A DNA stretch of 64,000 bases from Paramoeba atlantica. Its lineage: Eukaryota; Protista; Discosea. Made by a program: the position numbers and the translations under genes. Below, in pieces: positions 47,074 to 57,751 of the stretch. The stretch lies in contig CDRNVI010000015.1 in NCBI GenBank assembly GCA_977017575.1, forward strand, positions 186,001 to 250,000, written 5' to 3'. How positions within the stretch are numbered: position 1 is the first letter of the stretch; each line of letters starts with the position of its first letter. Below the pieces are notes generated by a model. It saw only the letters and a list, made by a program, of their open reading frames with translations, was not told the DNA's origin and made no database searches.

Positions 47074-48378
47074 ATGCCTGGCGGAGGTCACCAGAGAGAA
47101 CAGTTTGACTACATACTGGGAAAAATATCTGAGGCTATCCAGCAGCGTGATGGGAAGGAACTAACTGTTTTTCTTGGTATGTTAAAGTCGTTGCTGGGTC
47201 TTTTCGTCTCTCAGTCTGAGAAAATAATAAAACGTACGTGTGAAAACGATAGGCGAAAAGTCATCAATGGTTTCGACAAACATAAAAATCTTGGAACATC
47301 CGATAGAGACCAATGGCGGGAATTTTTGTTATCCTTTGTGTACGTATTCCGACGTCTAAATTTCTCACATGTCGACGATTTTAAAAATATGTATAAGTTA
47401 TTTCACTTGTATCAGATTGTTTTTCGGTTTACCGTTTCCACAGATACGAATCGCATTCCACCAGCATGTGCGACTTATTGGTGTCTTCCCCCATTGGTGT
47501 ATCTTCTCGATTTCGTATACAACAGCGCAGTTCAGGTAGGATGTTCGGCTGATATGGAAACTGTGCAAAACTTTGCGCGAGAAGCCCGTCAGCTTATTTT
47601 GTTTTGTCAAAAGATCACTCTAATTGAAAAAGCAGTGCCCCCTCTAGTAAATACTATGTTGAGCGTATTTTTAGCTTCCTTTAATCTTGAACAGTGCCGT
47701 GCACTGCTCGTTGGCATCGCAACCATGGAGAGGCAGGGATTTTCGCTGCGCGCGGTATCGGATGATAGTCAGCGTGTCGCGTATGATTTTTACCTCGGTA
47801 GAATGCGTTTGTATGAGACCAACTTTGTGGGAGCTGCGACATCACTTTACTCCGCATTCGTGGCAATACAAAACACAAGCGAGAAACACATCAACAGTTC
47901 TCTTGTACTTTATTATCTAACAGTGGCCCAGCTTTGCAATGGAGTTTTAACTCCTGCGCATCTCTTGCAAAAATACGCATTGCTGGATCTTTTGACCTTT
48001 GTAAAAGCTCTTAGAAGTGCAAATTACTCAGACTTTGAAACATGTTTGCTGATAAATCAGGCACAGCTTCGTGAAAAGGGTGTATATGCCTTGCTCTACC
48101 ATATGCTATCATCTTTACATGTCGTTATGCTTCGAAGAGTGCATTATGTGCATATTAAAATAGGCCTTGATCCAAGTCGCATAAGACTAGAGTATATCGC
48201 ACGTATGATGATACTACTTGGAACTTCAGAATCCGAAACCACTGAGGAAGCAGTATTTAGTCTTCTTGCTCCTCTGGTCAGCTCTGGCTTGATTAAAGGG
48301 TATATTTCACAAGAACATAAGATTTTGGTCCTTAGCAAGACGAATCCGTTTCCTTCTAGATTGGCTTTGTTGGAATAA
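47074..48378 (+). CDS. PCI-domain protein, PCID2/Thp1-like (TREX-2)
   Basis: C-terminal LIKGYISQEHKILVLSKTNPFP, plus YDFYLGR. ATG at 47074. Confidence 0.8.
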   Translation: MPGGGHQREQFDYILGKISEAIQQRDGKELTVFLGMLKSLLGLFVSQSEKIIKRTCENDRRKVINGFDKHKNLGTSDRDQWREFLLSFVYVFRRLNFSHVDDFKNMYKLFHLYQIVFRFTVSTDTNRIPPACATYWCLPPLVYLLDFVYNSAVQVGCSADMETVQNFAREARQLILFCQKITLIEKAVPPLVNTMLSVFLASFNLEQCRALLVGIATMERQGFSLRAVSDDSQRVAYDFYLGRMRLYETNFVGAATSLYSAFVAIQNTSEKHINSSLVLYYLTVAQLCNGVLTPAHLLQKYALLDLLTFVKALRSANYSDFETCLLINQAQLREKGVYALLYHMLSSLHVVMLRRVHYVHIKIGLDPSRIRLEYIARMMILLGTSESETTEEAVFSLLAPLVSSGLIKGYISQEHKILVLSKTNPFPSRLALLE

Positions 48379-48503
48379 TCTTGCATAGATCAGCATAAAT
48401 CTAGTTATTAACGATACGAATAGCTGACGCCTCATTTCGTAGATTTTTTACAATCCTACATACTGTACATCATAGCTGCAGGATTATCAATAATTCTGTT
48501 CGG

Positions 48504-49032
48504 TAATAATAATTATTATTAATAAATTATTAATAAATTATTATTGGGCTTTGGCACTCAGATTTCTCGCTCTTAATTTTGTATCAAACAATATTTTCAT
48601 GCCAAAAAGGAGCATTGATGGGGATCTCCTTATGGAGTCGATGCTGATGCTTCGAGCATCATTATATGCACCTCAACCTACGCGGGAAGTAGGAGCCTAA
48701 CGCAGGTAAGGGGGCTGTACCAACAACAACTCCTTATGGAGTGCTGATATCGAGGGCCGGGAAATGCCAAACTCTGTATGTGTATGATGTATCGCAACGA
48801 AAATGAGCTTTCTGGATCTCTTCGCGGTCTTCCCTGGTGCTGCCATCATACTGCTGCAATTGAAGCAGACCACATATCGGGGCTCCTCCACATGCGAGGG
48901 GCTCCTCATGTGTCACTCGCAGCCCCTCGTGTAAATGCATATTGAATTATTAATAATATTAATAATTATATTTTTTGAATAATAAGAATTATTAATAATT
49001 ATTATTACAAAATTTACAAAATAATTATTATT
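48504..49032. other. Unexplained GC-richer core flanked by A/T-only palindromic blocks
   Basis: An 18-bp palindrome taataataattattatta sits at 48504-48521 and similar blocks at 48945-49032. The core contains repeated ctccttatggagt and ggggctcctc. Confidence 0.6.
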
Positions 49033-49180
49033 ACAGCTATGCTGTATATGTATGATACTGTATGTATGATTTCTACTATACTACTCTGTATAATTCTTTT
49101 TAACTCACCGATTTCAACTTTTTTCAACTTTCACAAGAAAAGCGTTTCATTTTCCTAGTCCTGCAACACTTTTTTCGTCC

Positions 49181-50128
49181 ATGTTCTTGACCTCCGCACT
49201 CCGCCTGGCAGGCTCCATGTCCTCCATGCTTCGAACCGTTAAAGACAACTACTCCCGCAACACGTTACACGAACTCTCGGATGAGATACTCCTCGCGTAC
49301 GGTAGAATGCGACACCTCCCTCTTGTGGGTTCTCGCGAAGATCTCCTGCGACGGTTCTACCAATACATCTATCGCAAGGACTGTCACGAGCGGGTCCAGA
49401 TGGTGTGCTACGATTTGGAGTTTACCGGGACTCCACGTTGGACAGCGCAGCGCGACCTTTACATTCCTGATCAGGAGATGGTGGAAATTGCGGCCTACCA
49501 CCCAGCATCGGAGAAAACCTTCTCGCGACTTGTTCGCCCCGTACAGTACGCGTTAAGTGAGGAAGCAGCGCAGCTCACGGGACTCACACAGGAGCAATTG
49601 CAAAGGGATGGGGTCCCGGTAGGGCAGGTGCTGGAGTCATTCTTTGCGTGGATATCGAATTGTACGCAACAAACGGCTGAAGAGTCGAAAGAGAACGCTT
49701 CTTCTTCTGCTCACAATTTAGTTCCAGACGCGAATGATTGTAATTCACAAGCGTTAGCTAGGAGGGGCAGTGTTATGCTCATATCTCACGGTGGTCTACT
49801 TCATGACGCCCGCATGATCCGACACTATTCGACACAATCATCTCTTTCTATTCCTTCCTACTTGTACTTTGCAGATTCTTACAAATTACTGCGAGAGTGT
49901 ACGCGTAATAAAGGCTCTGATTTGACGAGTCTAAAACTCGAAGCTCTGCTCAATCAATTTGAAATAATTCCTCTGGAGCAGCACCATCGAGCTCTAAGTG
50001 ATGCCATCGGAACATGGAAAGTCTTGCAAGCCGCAATATTGCAATATGGCACAAAGTACTTTACTCCTTCACAAGAAATTGCCAGGAAATACATGAGTTG
50101 GAAGAGAGGTGACGGTTCGAAAAAGTAA
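49181..50128 (+). CDS. DEDDh-family 3'-5' exonuclease, probably mitochondrial
   Basis: ExoI YDLEFTG, ExoII HGGLLHDARMI, ExoIII HHRALSDA; presequence-like MFLTSALRLAGSMSSMLR. Confidence 0.85.
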   Translation: MFLTSALRLAGSMSSMLRTVKDNYSRNTLHELSDEILLAYGRMRHLPLVGSREDLLRRFYQYIYRKDCHERVQMVCYDLEFTGTPRWTAQRDLYIPDQEMVEIAAYHPASEKTFSRLVRPVQYALSEEAAQLTGLTQEQLQRDGVPVGQVLESFFAWISNCTQQTAEESKENASSSAHNLVPDANDCNSQALARRGSVMLISHGGLLHDARMIRHYSTQSSLSIPSYLYFADSYKLLRECTRNKGSDLTSLKLEALLNQFEIIPLEQHHRALSDAIGTWKVLQAAILQYGTKYFTPSQEIARKYMSWKRGDGSKK

Positions 50129-50313
50129 TCACCATTTTTAGTAATCAGGCAGTTTTCAGACTCGTAAATGAGTGAAATAAAAATTGAATTCTTTTAATTA
50201 CAGTACTAAAATTATTCATCTCGATTTCATAGCTTTACACATTAAGCTTTAAACACTAAGCCTTAAAATATATTTTTTGACAATATCAGATAGTTTTAAA
50301 CACGGTGTTTTTA

Positions 50314-50793
50314 ATGTGTTCACAGGTAAATGACGTTTCGTCCATCTTTTCTTGCTTAAGGCGTAGAGGCCCACAGGCATATTTGAAATCCGAATCGTCA
50401 GCTAAGGTAGCTGAACGCAATGTTGGCAGGCTCAAAAAGAAGCCAAAACCACGTAAGAACAAGCCCAATGATAAAGAAATCACATTGATCTCACGTACAG
50501 GCATTGAATCAGAGTCAAAAGAACATGAAGCAGATGCTACTACCAAAAAACAAGGAAAATCTGTCGCAGTGTCTTCTAGATTAAAGCAGTTTTCTCACAT
50601 TCCGAATGTTTTCGGTGTGGATGACGAAGAATTTTTTGATGTAAAAGGGGAAAAACGAAACTCGGCAAGAAGATTTGCGGAAGGTTACGCTATTTATACA
50701 GAGGACGAAATACAAAACCAAGTTTCTAAAAAGAAACTTCGGGTTTCAGGAACTACCGATTTATGTCCTTTCGACTGTGATTGTTGCTTTTAA
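50314..50793 (+). CDS. DUF1764-family protein
   Basis: C-terminal RRFAEGYAIYTEDE...GTTDLCPFDCDCCF. ATG at 50314. Confidence 0.85.
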   Translation: MCSQVNDVSSIFSCLRRRGPQAYLKSESSAKVAERNVGRLKKKPKPRKNKPNDKEITLISRTGIESESKEHEADATTKKQGKSVAVSSRLKQFSHIPNVFGVDDEEFFDVKGEKRNSARRFAEGYAIYTEDEIQNQVSKKKLRVSGTTDLCPFDCDCCF

Positions 50794-50955
50794 AGCTTTG
50801 TATCGTCGGGCGGCAGGTAGCGAAATGGGAATTCTTCCTTTTACTATTTTTCAATAAACTAAGCCATTTAATCGGCCAGATTTGCGTCCGATTTAGTAAA
50901 TAGGAATATTCTTTTTATTAATTTTTTGAAAGCCATACCTTCAATACAATTGTGC

Positions 50956-52122
50956 ATGTCAGCAAAGACGTACTGCTGGACACGTCCTGACGATCCAGAA
51001 CCATTGTTCTCCAGTGAACCACCTCCTGCCGCAAGCGATGGATCTACACGGGTATGGGTGGATGGATGCTTTGATTTAATGCATTTTGGGCATTTCAACA
51101 TACTGCGACAGGCTCGGTCATTGGGTCATGTTGTATTCGCAGGTATACACTCCTCAGCTGAGATCGAGCACCACAAGGGCGCTGCTCCCGTGTACAATGA
51201 TAAGGAAAGAGCAATTTTGGCTCGCGGTTGTCGATGGGTGGATTACGTGCTAGAGAATGCTCCTTATGTCACTCGCTTGCGTCATATGCAACAACTTAAC
51301 ATTGACGTTGTAGTTCACGGAGATGACGTATCGTTCGATGCGGACGGAGATAACTCGTACAAAGAAATTTTATCAATGGGTAAGATGCGAATCGCCCGGA
51401 GAACTCTGGGAATTAGCACAACTGACATAATCGATCGTATTCTATTCTCGGTGCCTTCGCTAGATCAGGATGAAGAAGGTTCTGAGCCGTATCGGGCAGC
51501 GAAAAAAATAGCGAAGTGCAAGTCACAATATCCAGTTCTTCAAGAAACTGTAGATAACAAGTCCACAGTATGTGCACCTGAACCTGAAACTGGTCTTTGC
51601 ACTATTCGGGAAAGTCTTCCGTATGTTCTTTTCTCTGAACAAGTTATTCAATGGAGTGGAGTTCATTCTTCATGTTTTCCGACATGTCAAAAAGTGATTT
51701 ACATTCACGGCGTATTTGATTTATTTCACGCTGGACACGTATCCTTTCTTAACGTCGCACGTGGGTACGGAAATTACCTTGTAATAGGTCTTGTTGAGAA
51801 GGATGGAGAAATTCCTATTCCATGTCTCAATCTCACGGAGCGATCCCTGGCGCTAATGTCCTGTAGATACGTTGATTATGTGATTCAGGATGTTCCTGAT
51901 GAAATTCCGTTAAGTTTTATTAACTATCTTCGCGCTTCGGGAGTGGATGTAGCTGTGGACATAAGAAAAATATTCAGCACACGGAACAACAATCTATTTA
52001 AAAACTACGGATTATATAGAAATATTGGGTGTGATGACGTGGTTGATCGAGAAAATATCCTGAATAGAGTGCGATCGAATAACGCTACTTATCTAACCCG
52101 AAACGAGAGACGCAGGCCCTAG
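50956..52122 (+). CDS. PCYT2: Ethanolamine-phosphate cytidylyltransferase (two CT domains)
   Basis: RVWVDGCFDLMHFGH and IYIHGVFDLFHAGH; RTLGISTTDII. First ATG at 50956. Confidence 0.9.
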   Translation: MSAKTYCWTRPDDPEPLFSSEPPPAASDGSTRVWVDGCFDLMHFGHFNILRQARSLGHVVFAGIHSSAEIEHHKGAAPVYNDKERAILARGCRWVDYVLENAPYVTRLRHMQQLNIDVVVHGDDVSFDADGDNSYKEILSMGKMRIARRTLGISTTDIIDRILFSVPSLDQDEEGSEPYRAAKKIAKCKSQYPVLQETVDNKSTVCAPEPETGLCTIRESLPYVLFSEQVIQWSGVHSSCFPTCQKVIYIHGVFDLFHAGHVSFLNVARGYGNYLVIGLVEKDGEIPIPCLNLTERSLALMSCRYVDYVIQDVPDEIPLSFINYLRASGVDVAVDIRKIFSTRNNNLFKNYGLYRNIGCDDVVDRENILNRVRSNNATYLTRNERRRP

Positions 52123-52216
52123 AATCATTATTTATGATTCGCCATGATTTTTCGTTGCGGGTTCGGCGATGCACACTCGAAGTCCCTCTTGTACCATGAT
52201 GTAGTGCAACATAAGA

Positions 52217-52295
52217 TACTGTACTGTATGTACTGTACTGTATGTACTGTACTTGTACTGCACGTACTGTACTGCAAGATACTGTACTGTATGTA
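52217..52295. repeat. Degenerate (TACTG)n intergenic microsatellite
   Basis: tactgtactgtatgtactgtactgtatgtactgtacttgtactg... Confidence 0.9.
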
Positions 52296-52471
52296 CAATA
52301 TGTATAAGATAATAAATTTATAAGATACATGTATGGTGTATAGAGATATTACAACAAAGACTTTTGGCTACTTGGAAGAATTTGTGCGTGATTCAACTTT
52401 ATGGACTTACTTTTACACATACTTGTTCCACTGGGGCAAATGTTTTAGTCTCTCTCTAGCCTACAACTACT

Positions 52472-55400
52472 ATGATCCACCTAATTCTTTTTTTATGTCT
52501 TCTCTGCTCTCCACTTCAAGCCTCTGAAGTTATTGAACTAACGCGTGAAAACTTTTATCAATATACGGATGTCGGTCACACTGCTGTAGAATTTTACGCG
52601 CCGTGGTGCGGTCACTGTCAAGATTTGACTCCAGAATGGGAGGAAGCGGCAAAAACTACAAAATCGATAGTATTCGGTAAAGTGGATGCGACAAAAGAGG
52701 AAGAATTGGCGCATGAATACAACATTCGTGGTTATCCTACAATACTGCTCTTTGAAGAAGGGTCTGCTACAGAATACACCGGTGGTAGGAAGGCTACGGA
52801 GATAGTGGAGTGGATGGAAAGTAGGATTCAACCGCCAGTGCGCGAGGCTTCGTCCATGGAATCTCTAGGAATAAACACAAGAAATACTGGAAAAATTAGT
52901 TTGGCATTATGCTATCCGCTTGAGAGCCACATTGGAGAAGCATTCACTAGTCATGCGCGCCGATTGCGCAGCAACTTTTCATTTTTTCATGTCGCTGAGT
53001 GTAGCACCCAGTCAAGTCATGCAGTTTTTATGCATAAGCCTTTCGAAGAAGAAATTTCTAAGTTTCGGGGTAATCTTGAAGATAACGAGGTTTTCGATGC
53101 GTGGCTTCGAGCGGAATCCTTCCCCGCTTTGGCCGAGATTGGTCCGGACAACGTTAAATCTTATATGGAACGCGGTTTGCCATTGGCATGGCTCTTTGTT
53201 GACCCTACGCACGAAGAACGAACATCTCAGGCGTTGAAAACCGTTCGTGACGTTGCTCTCCGATTTCGAAACAATATGAGTTTTGTGTACCTTCCTGGCA
53301 AGGAGTACGCACAAATTATGAACCAACTTGGGCACAATGGTACTATTTTTCCTTCGTTTTCCATTGACAGGAAGACGAATGAATATTATGCCTTTCCTCC
53401 TGGAGAAGAACTGGAACAAAAGAATCTTTCAGAGTTTTGTGATGCATTCTTTAGCGGCCGATTGCAGCGTTCCTTGAAATCTGAGCCCAGTCCAACTCAG
53501 TCTCTTTGTGAAGGCTTAACTACTATCGTAGGAACAACATTTCAGAGGATCGTACTTGATCGGGAGCAGGACACTCTTGTAGCATTTCATGCCCCTTGGT
53601 GTGAGCCTTGCAAAAAATTGATGCGCTCGTATCGTCGTTTGGCGATCGCCCTCCAAGGAAGTGAAATAAACGTGGCTCAAATTGATGTCGGGTCGAACGA
53701 TCTCTCTGGCAATGTTACTCTATCCTCGCTTCCCACTGTTTTACTTTTCCTTAATAATAAAACTGAACCACTACGCTACCCTGGACCATATACTGCAGAA
53801 GGCCTACTAGAATTTCTTAAAACTCATACGAATACGGAAATCACAGTTTCTGAGGACGACGACCTAATTTCCGACATTGCCGCTGAAGAGATATTAACAC
53901 TCGATAGGTTTCGCGAATTACTTGCAGAAGACACAGCGCGGGTAATGCTTTTCACTAATACAAGAGGGGCGAAGTACTATGAGTATAAAAGAATTTGTTC
54001 ATCTCTCAGTGAGATAGCTAACTTGGCATTCGTGCAAAACGAGAACATCGCGCACCCTCATCATGACGGCTCTCTAGTGCTTTACCGTCCATGGATGGCT
54101 CATAACGAGAGAAATTTAACGTTTACAGGTGATATTTCTAATCACTCAATGCTTACTCAATGGATAAAGGACAACAGTTTTCCTTTGATAGATGAAATTA
54201 ATGCCGAAAAACATTCAAGATACGCTAGTCGAGGTCTTCCGATGCTTTGGCTCTTTGCTATACCAGAGGATAAGGAATCAGAAAAAGCTAAAGATGTTCT
54301 TTTGGCAGTTGCAGAACATTTCAAAACTAAGATGAGTTGTGTTTGGTTAAATCATACAATGCACCCCAGAATGGCATCTCGATTTACGCTGTCGGGTGAA
54401 ATATTTCCTGCTTTAGCAATTGATGACTTAGCGACACGATCGTTTTACGTGTATCCTGAAGAGAGGTCATTGGACTTTGATTCAATAACAAAATTTACCC
54501 AAGATTTTCTAGATGACAATTTGAAACGTTCACTTTTCTCTGAGCCCATACCCCACAGAGAGACATTCAAGGGATTGACCACATTGGTAAGTAAAACATT
54601 AGAGAAGTATGTAAATAAGGGCGATAAGGACTTGCTTCTTGAGTTTTATTCACCGGAGTGTGGCTACTGTCAGGAATTTGATCCAATATATCGAAAGATA
54701 GCGCTTTCATTACGCCCAGTGTCTAATCTTATTGTCGGATCTATAGATGCAGTCGCAAACGAAATTATGTCCTCCTTTACAATTACTGGTTACCCGACGC
54801 TCTATTTCTGCCCGGTCGGAAAGGAACACATTCTTTACGAAGGACCACGCGAGCCCTACGATATACTGGAATTCGTCAAGCTGCACGCAACCGTTGATAT
54901 TAATATAACTACGAAAGACCTTGACAATCCAAAGAACATTGTGGAAGTTCTTACAGATTGGGGAGATCTTGAAGACTTTAAAGGCTATTCTGATGCAGCC
55001 CTTGTATGCTTCGCTCACGAGTCGGGTCAAGTAGCTTCCCATTTCAATGCTACGATTTCTCTTTTTCCGATATATGTTGATGCTGCGATATACGTGTGCC
55101 GTGAAATACCTCATGAATTAGACAACCATGTCGTCCTTTTCAGGGCGTTGGACAACGAAAATGTTACATTTACGGGAGATCTGACATCCGCAAGTGAGCT
55201 GCACGAATTCCTAGAATCTGAGGCATTTCCTTTAATAAGCGAGATGAATCCTGTGTTACATCACCGCTATGAAGCAAGAGGGCTTCCTCTGGTGTGGATT
55301 CTTCTCAACCGAACTGACATCGAGCGAAGTGTAAATACGCTCACGATTGCTCAAGTTGTTGCTGGGATGTATCGGAAGAAGTTCAGTTTTATACACGTTG

Positions 55401-55687
55401 ATGGCTCGGAACAAGTTGACATCAGCGATATGTTTCAATTCTCGGGTTACGTATTTCCAGTGGCTGGGATTGATGACCCGGAATCAGGCAATTATTATGC
55501 CATGCCGGAAACAACCGAATTTACAACGCAATCATTGAGTGATTTTTTGGAAGAATTTTTATCCGGCACGCTTGAACCCGTTTCCGAAGAGGCAATATCA
55601 CCGGAATCTGATGTTGAATGGGAACAATCAGAACGCGATGAATCGCATTCTACTGAACTTCCTTTAGAAATTATGGAAGAACTTTGA
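52472..55687 (+). CDS. Giant protein disulfide isomerase (a-b-b' repeated three times)
   Basis: Signal peptide; active sites WCGHC, WCEPC and ECGYC; three copies of FP(A/L)(L/I)xE...RGLP..W; ends MEEL. Confidence 0.92.
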   Translation: MIHLILFLCLLCSPLQASEVIELTRENFYQYTDVGHTAVEFYAPWCGHCQDLTPEWEEAAKTTKSIVFGKVDATKEEELAHEYNIRGYPTILLFEEGSATEYTGGRKATEIVEWMESRIQPPVREASSMESLGINTRNTGKISLALCYPLESHIGEAFTSHARRLRSNFSFFHVAECSTQSSHAVFMHKPFEEEISKFRGNLEDNEVFDAWLRAESFPALAEIGPDNVKSYMERGLPLAWLFVDPTHEERTSQALKTVRDVALRFRNNMSFVYLPGKEYAQIMNQLGHNGTIFPSFSIDRKTNEYYAFPPGEELEQKNLSEFCDAFFSGRLQRSLKSEPSPTQSLCEGLTTIVGTTFQRIVLDREQDTLVAFHAPWCEPCKKLMRSYRRLAIALQGSEINVAQIDVGSNDLSGNVTLSSLPTVLLFLNNKTEPLRYPGPYTAEGLLEFLKTHTNTEITVSEDDDLISDIAAEEILTLDRFRELLAEDTARVMLFTNTRGAKYYEYKRICSSLSEIANLAFVQNENIAHPHHDGSLVLYRPWMAHNERNLTFTGDISNHSMLTQWIKDNSFPLIDEINAEKHSRYASRGLPMLWLFAIPEDKESEKAKDVLLAVAEHFKTKMSCVWLNHTMHPRMASRFTLSGEIFPALAIDDLATRSFYVYPEERSLDFDSITKFTQDFLDDNLKRSLFSEPIPHRETFKGLTTLVSKTLEKYVNKGDKDLLLEFYSPECGYCQEFDPIYRKIALSLRPVSNLIVGSIDAVANEIMSSFTITGYPTLYFCPVGKEHILYEGPREPYDILEFVKLHATVDINITTKDLDNPKNIVEVLTDWGDLEDFKGYSDAALVCFAHESGQVASHFNATISLFPIYVDAAIYVCREIPHELDNHVVLFRALDNENVTFTGDLTSASELHEFLESEAFPLISEMNPVLHHRYEARGLPLVWILLNRTDIERSVNTLTIAQVVAGMYRKKFSFIHVDGSEQVDISDMFQFSGYVFPVAGIDDPESGNYYAMPETTEFTTQSLSDFLEEFLSGTLEPVSEEAISPESDVEWEQSERDESHSTELPLEIMEEL

Positions 55688-56002
55688 TATCATAATTTTG
55701 AAATGCGGTCGGGACGGACTTATGTATCCTGATGAAATGTTCGCATAAACAGATCATGCACATGTATGGGCGATATGTTTTTATTCCTTTAAGGCCTGAT
55801 TCTAGGAGGGTTGTAGATGAACACGCTAGGAGATTGGGGTATATGGTTAAGTAACTCATTCTAGTTCAATACGTTTCTTTATTTCTTTCTTGTAGCCGCC
55901 TTTAATTATTTCTTGTACTGGTACCTGGAATTATTACCTTGTATTACATTATTTCTTTGGTATTTAAAGGCGTTAAGTATTTACGATTTCTGAAGAAGGC
56001 AC

Positions 56003-57442
56003 ATGTCACTATTCTTAACGCTTCTGAGCTTTCTGTTCCTTAGCACCGGACGCATCTCTGCCTCGGACGTTGTGGTTGGCACCCCAGAAAATTTTCATGA
56101 AACTATCAAAGAGGGAGTCATAATGGTGGAATTTTATGCTCCTTGGTGCACTCATTGCAAGAAGCTAGAGCCGGAGTGGGAGAGTGCGGCTACGGAACTT
56201 AAGGGACAGGCAACATTCATGAAGTTCGACGCTACCACCGACGAGTCACTGGCCCGAGGCTATGGCGTGAAAGGCTTTCCCACTATTAAAGTGTTTGTCG
56301 ACGGAGAAGTGGGAGACTACGAAGGAGAGCGTACAGCCAAAGCACTCGTTGCTTTCGCCAAACGTAGACTTTCTTCACCCGTTGTTGAAATCAGTGATGC
56401 AGAAGCTTTAGCTGCTTTTAAAGCGGACAATGTTGTGGGTATAGTCCTTTACACTTCCCCCAATAGTGATGTTTTCAAAAGTTTTGATCGTAATGCCAAG
56501 GCTTTGCGTGAGACAGTACCGTTTGCTGTCGTATACGACAGCGTTCTCCTTGGTGAGTACACCTTGGACTCCATAGTAATGTTCAAGCGTTTCGAAGAAA
56601 ACGAAAGTAGGTTTGAGGGAGATATTGCTGACCGAAAAGCCTTTGAAAAGTGGGTGCTGGTAGAAGCTTTTCCACTATTAGGGGAAATAGGACCTGACAA
56701 CTACCGTAACTATGTGAAACGCGGCTTCCCCCTTGCTTGGCTTTTCGTTGATCCTTCCGTGGAGGATGCAACGCTTGAAGTTCAAAAACTTGTACGTGGA
56801 GTGGCGAGTAAGTACAAAGGGGCGTTGAGCTTTGTCTATCTCCCGATACAAGATGGAAATTACCTACAAATGGTCCGTCGCTTTGGTTTAACTGGTGATA
56901 AATATCCAGTTTTCGCCATTGATGCGGCCGAAAATAAGTACTTCGCCTATTCTGAAGATCAAGATATTAGTGCAGAGGCATTAGAAGAATTTTGTTCCAA
57001 GTTTGTGAACGGTTCCTTGGAGCGTACCGTAAAATCTGAAGCAGTACCAGAGGTTGCTGAAGTGGATGGACTGACTACTGTTGTGGGGAAAACGTTCTTA
57101 TCCGTCGTCAAGAACACGACAAATGATGTTCTTCTTGTGCTACACGCCCCATGGTGTGGGCACTGCAAACATTTGGCCCCTACATACGGTTCTCTTGCAT
57201 CAGCGCTACGAGATGTGCCGACTATTACAGTAGCACAAATGGACGCGACAACGAACGACCCCTCGGAAGATTTTGATGTCCAAGGCTTTCCGTCAATTTT
57301 TTTCATACCTGCAGGAAAGGAAAAGATGATGTACGAAGGTGAACGAAGTGCATCCGCTATGTTGGCGTATGTCAAGGAACACGCCACGCACCACATCGAT
57401 GTAGATGAAAGCGCAGTCGGACAGCCTTCCGAAGGCCAGTGA
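56003..57442 (+). CDS. PDI: Protein disulfide isomerase (a-b-b'-a')
   Basis: Signal peptide; FYAPWCTHC and LHAPWCGHC; VQGFPSIFF. Confidence 0.95.
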   Translation: MSLFLTLLSFLFLSTGRISASDVVVGTPENFHETIKEGVIMVEFYAPWCTHCKKLEPEWESAATELKGQATFMKFDATTDESLARGYGVKGFPTIKVFVDGEVGDYEGERTAKALVAFAKRRLSSPVVEISDAEALAAFKADNVVGIVLYTSPNSDVFKSFDRNAKALRETVPFAVVYDSVLLGEYTLDSIVMFKRFEENESRFEGDIADRKAFEKWVLVEAFPLLGEIGPDNYRNYVKRGFPLAWLFVDPSVEDATLEVQKLVRGVASKYKGALSFVYLPIQDGNYLQMVRRFGLTGDKYPVFAIDAAENKYFAYSEDQDISAEALEEFCSKFVNGSLERTVKSEAVPEVAEVDGLTTVVGKTFLSVVKNTTNDVLLVLHAPWCGHCKHLAPTYGSLASALRDVPTITVAQMDATTNDPSEDFDVQGFPSIFFIPAGKEKMMYEGERSASAMLAYVKEHATHHIDVDESAVGQPSEGQ

Positions 57443-57751
57443 CAAGGATTGGATCACATTAGGAATTCTAGGAAAGGCTTTGCTCGAGTTTGAAACGTTA
57501 GGTTCATTATACAAGTTGCTAGTGGCTTTACTACTCCTCATTCTTTGTGGGCGCACTATCATCCATTTATCAAGAATTGCTTTTTTGCTGTTTTACAGTT
57601 GAATATTGGTTAATACAAAAATCATATGTTTAAGCTTTTACTGCTGCTTTGAATTCCAATACATTTATTGAAATATTTCTAGTGAGATTCGAGCTGAGAT
57701 TCAAGCAATTATTTGCTGAAATACATCAGATAATAGATTACTGCTATAATA

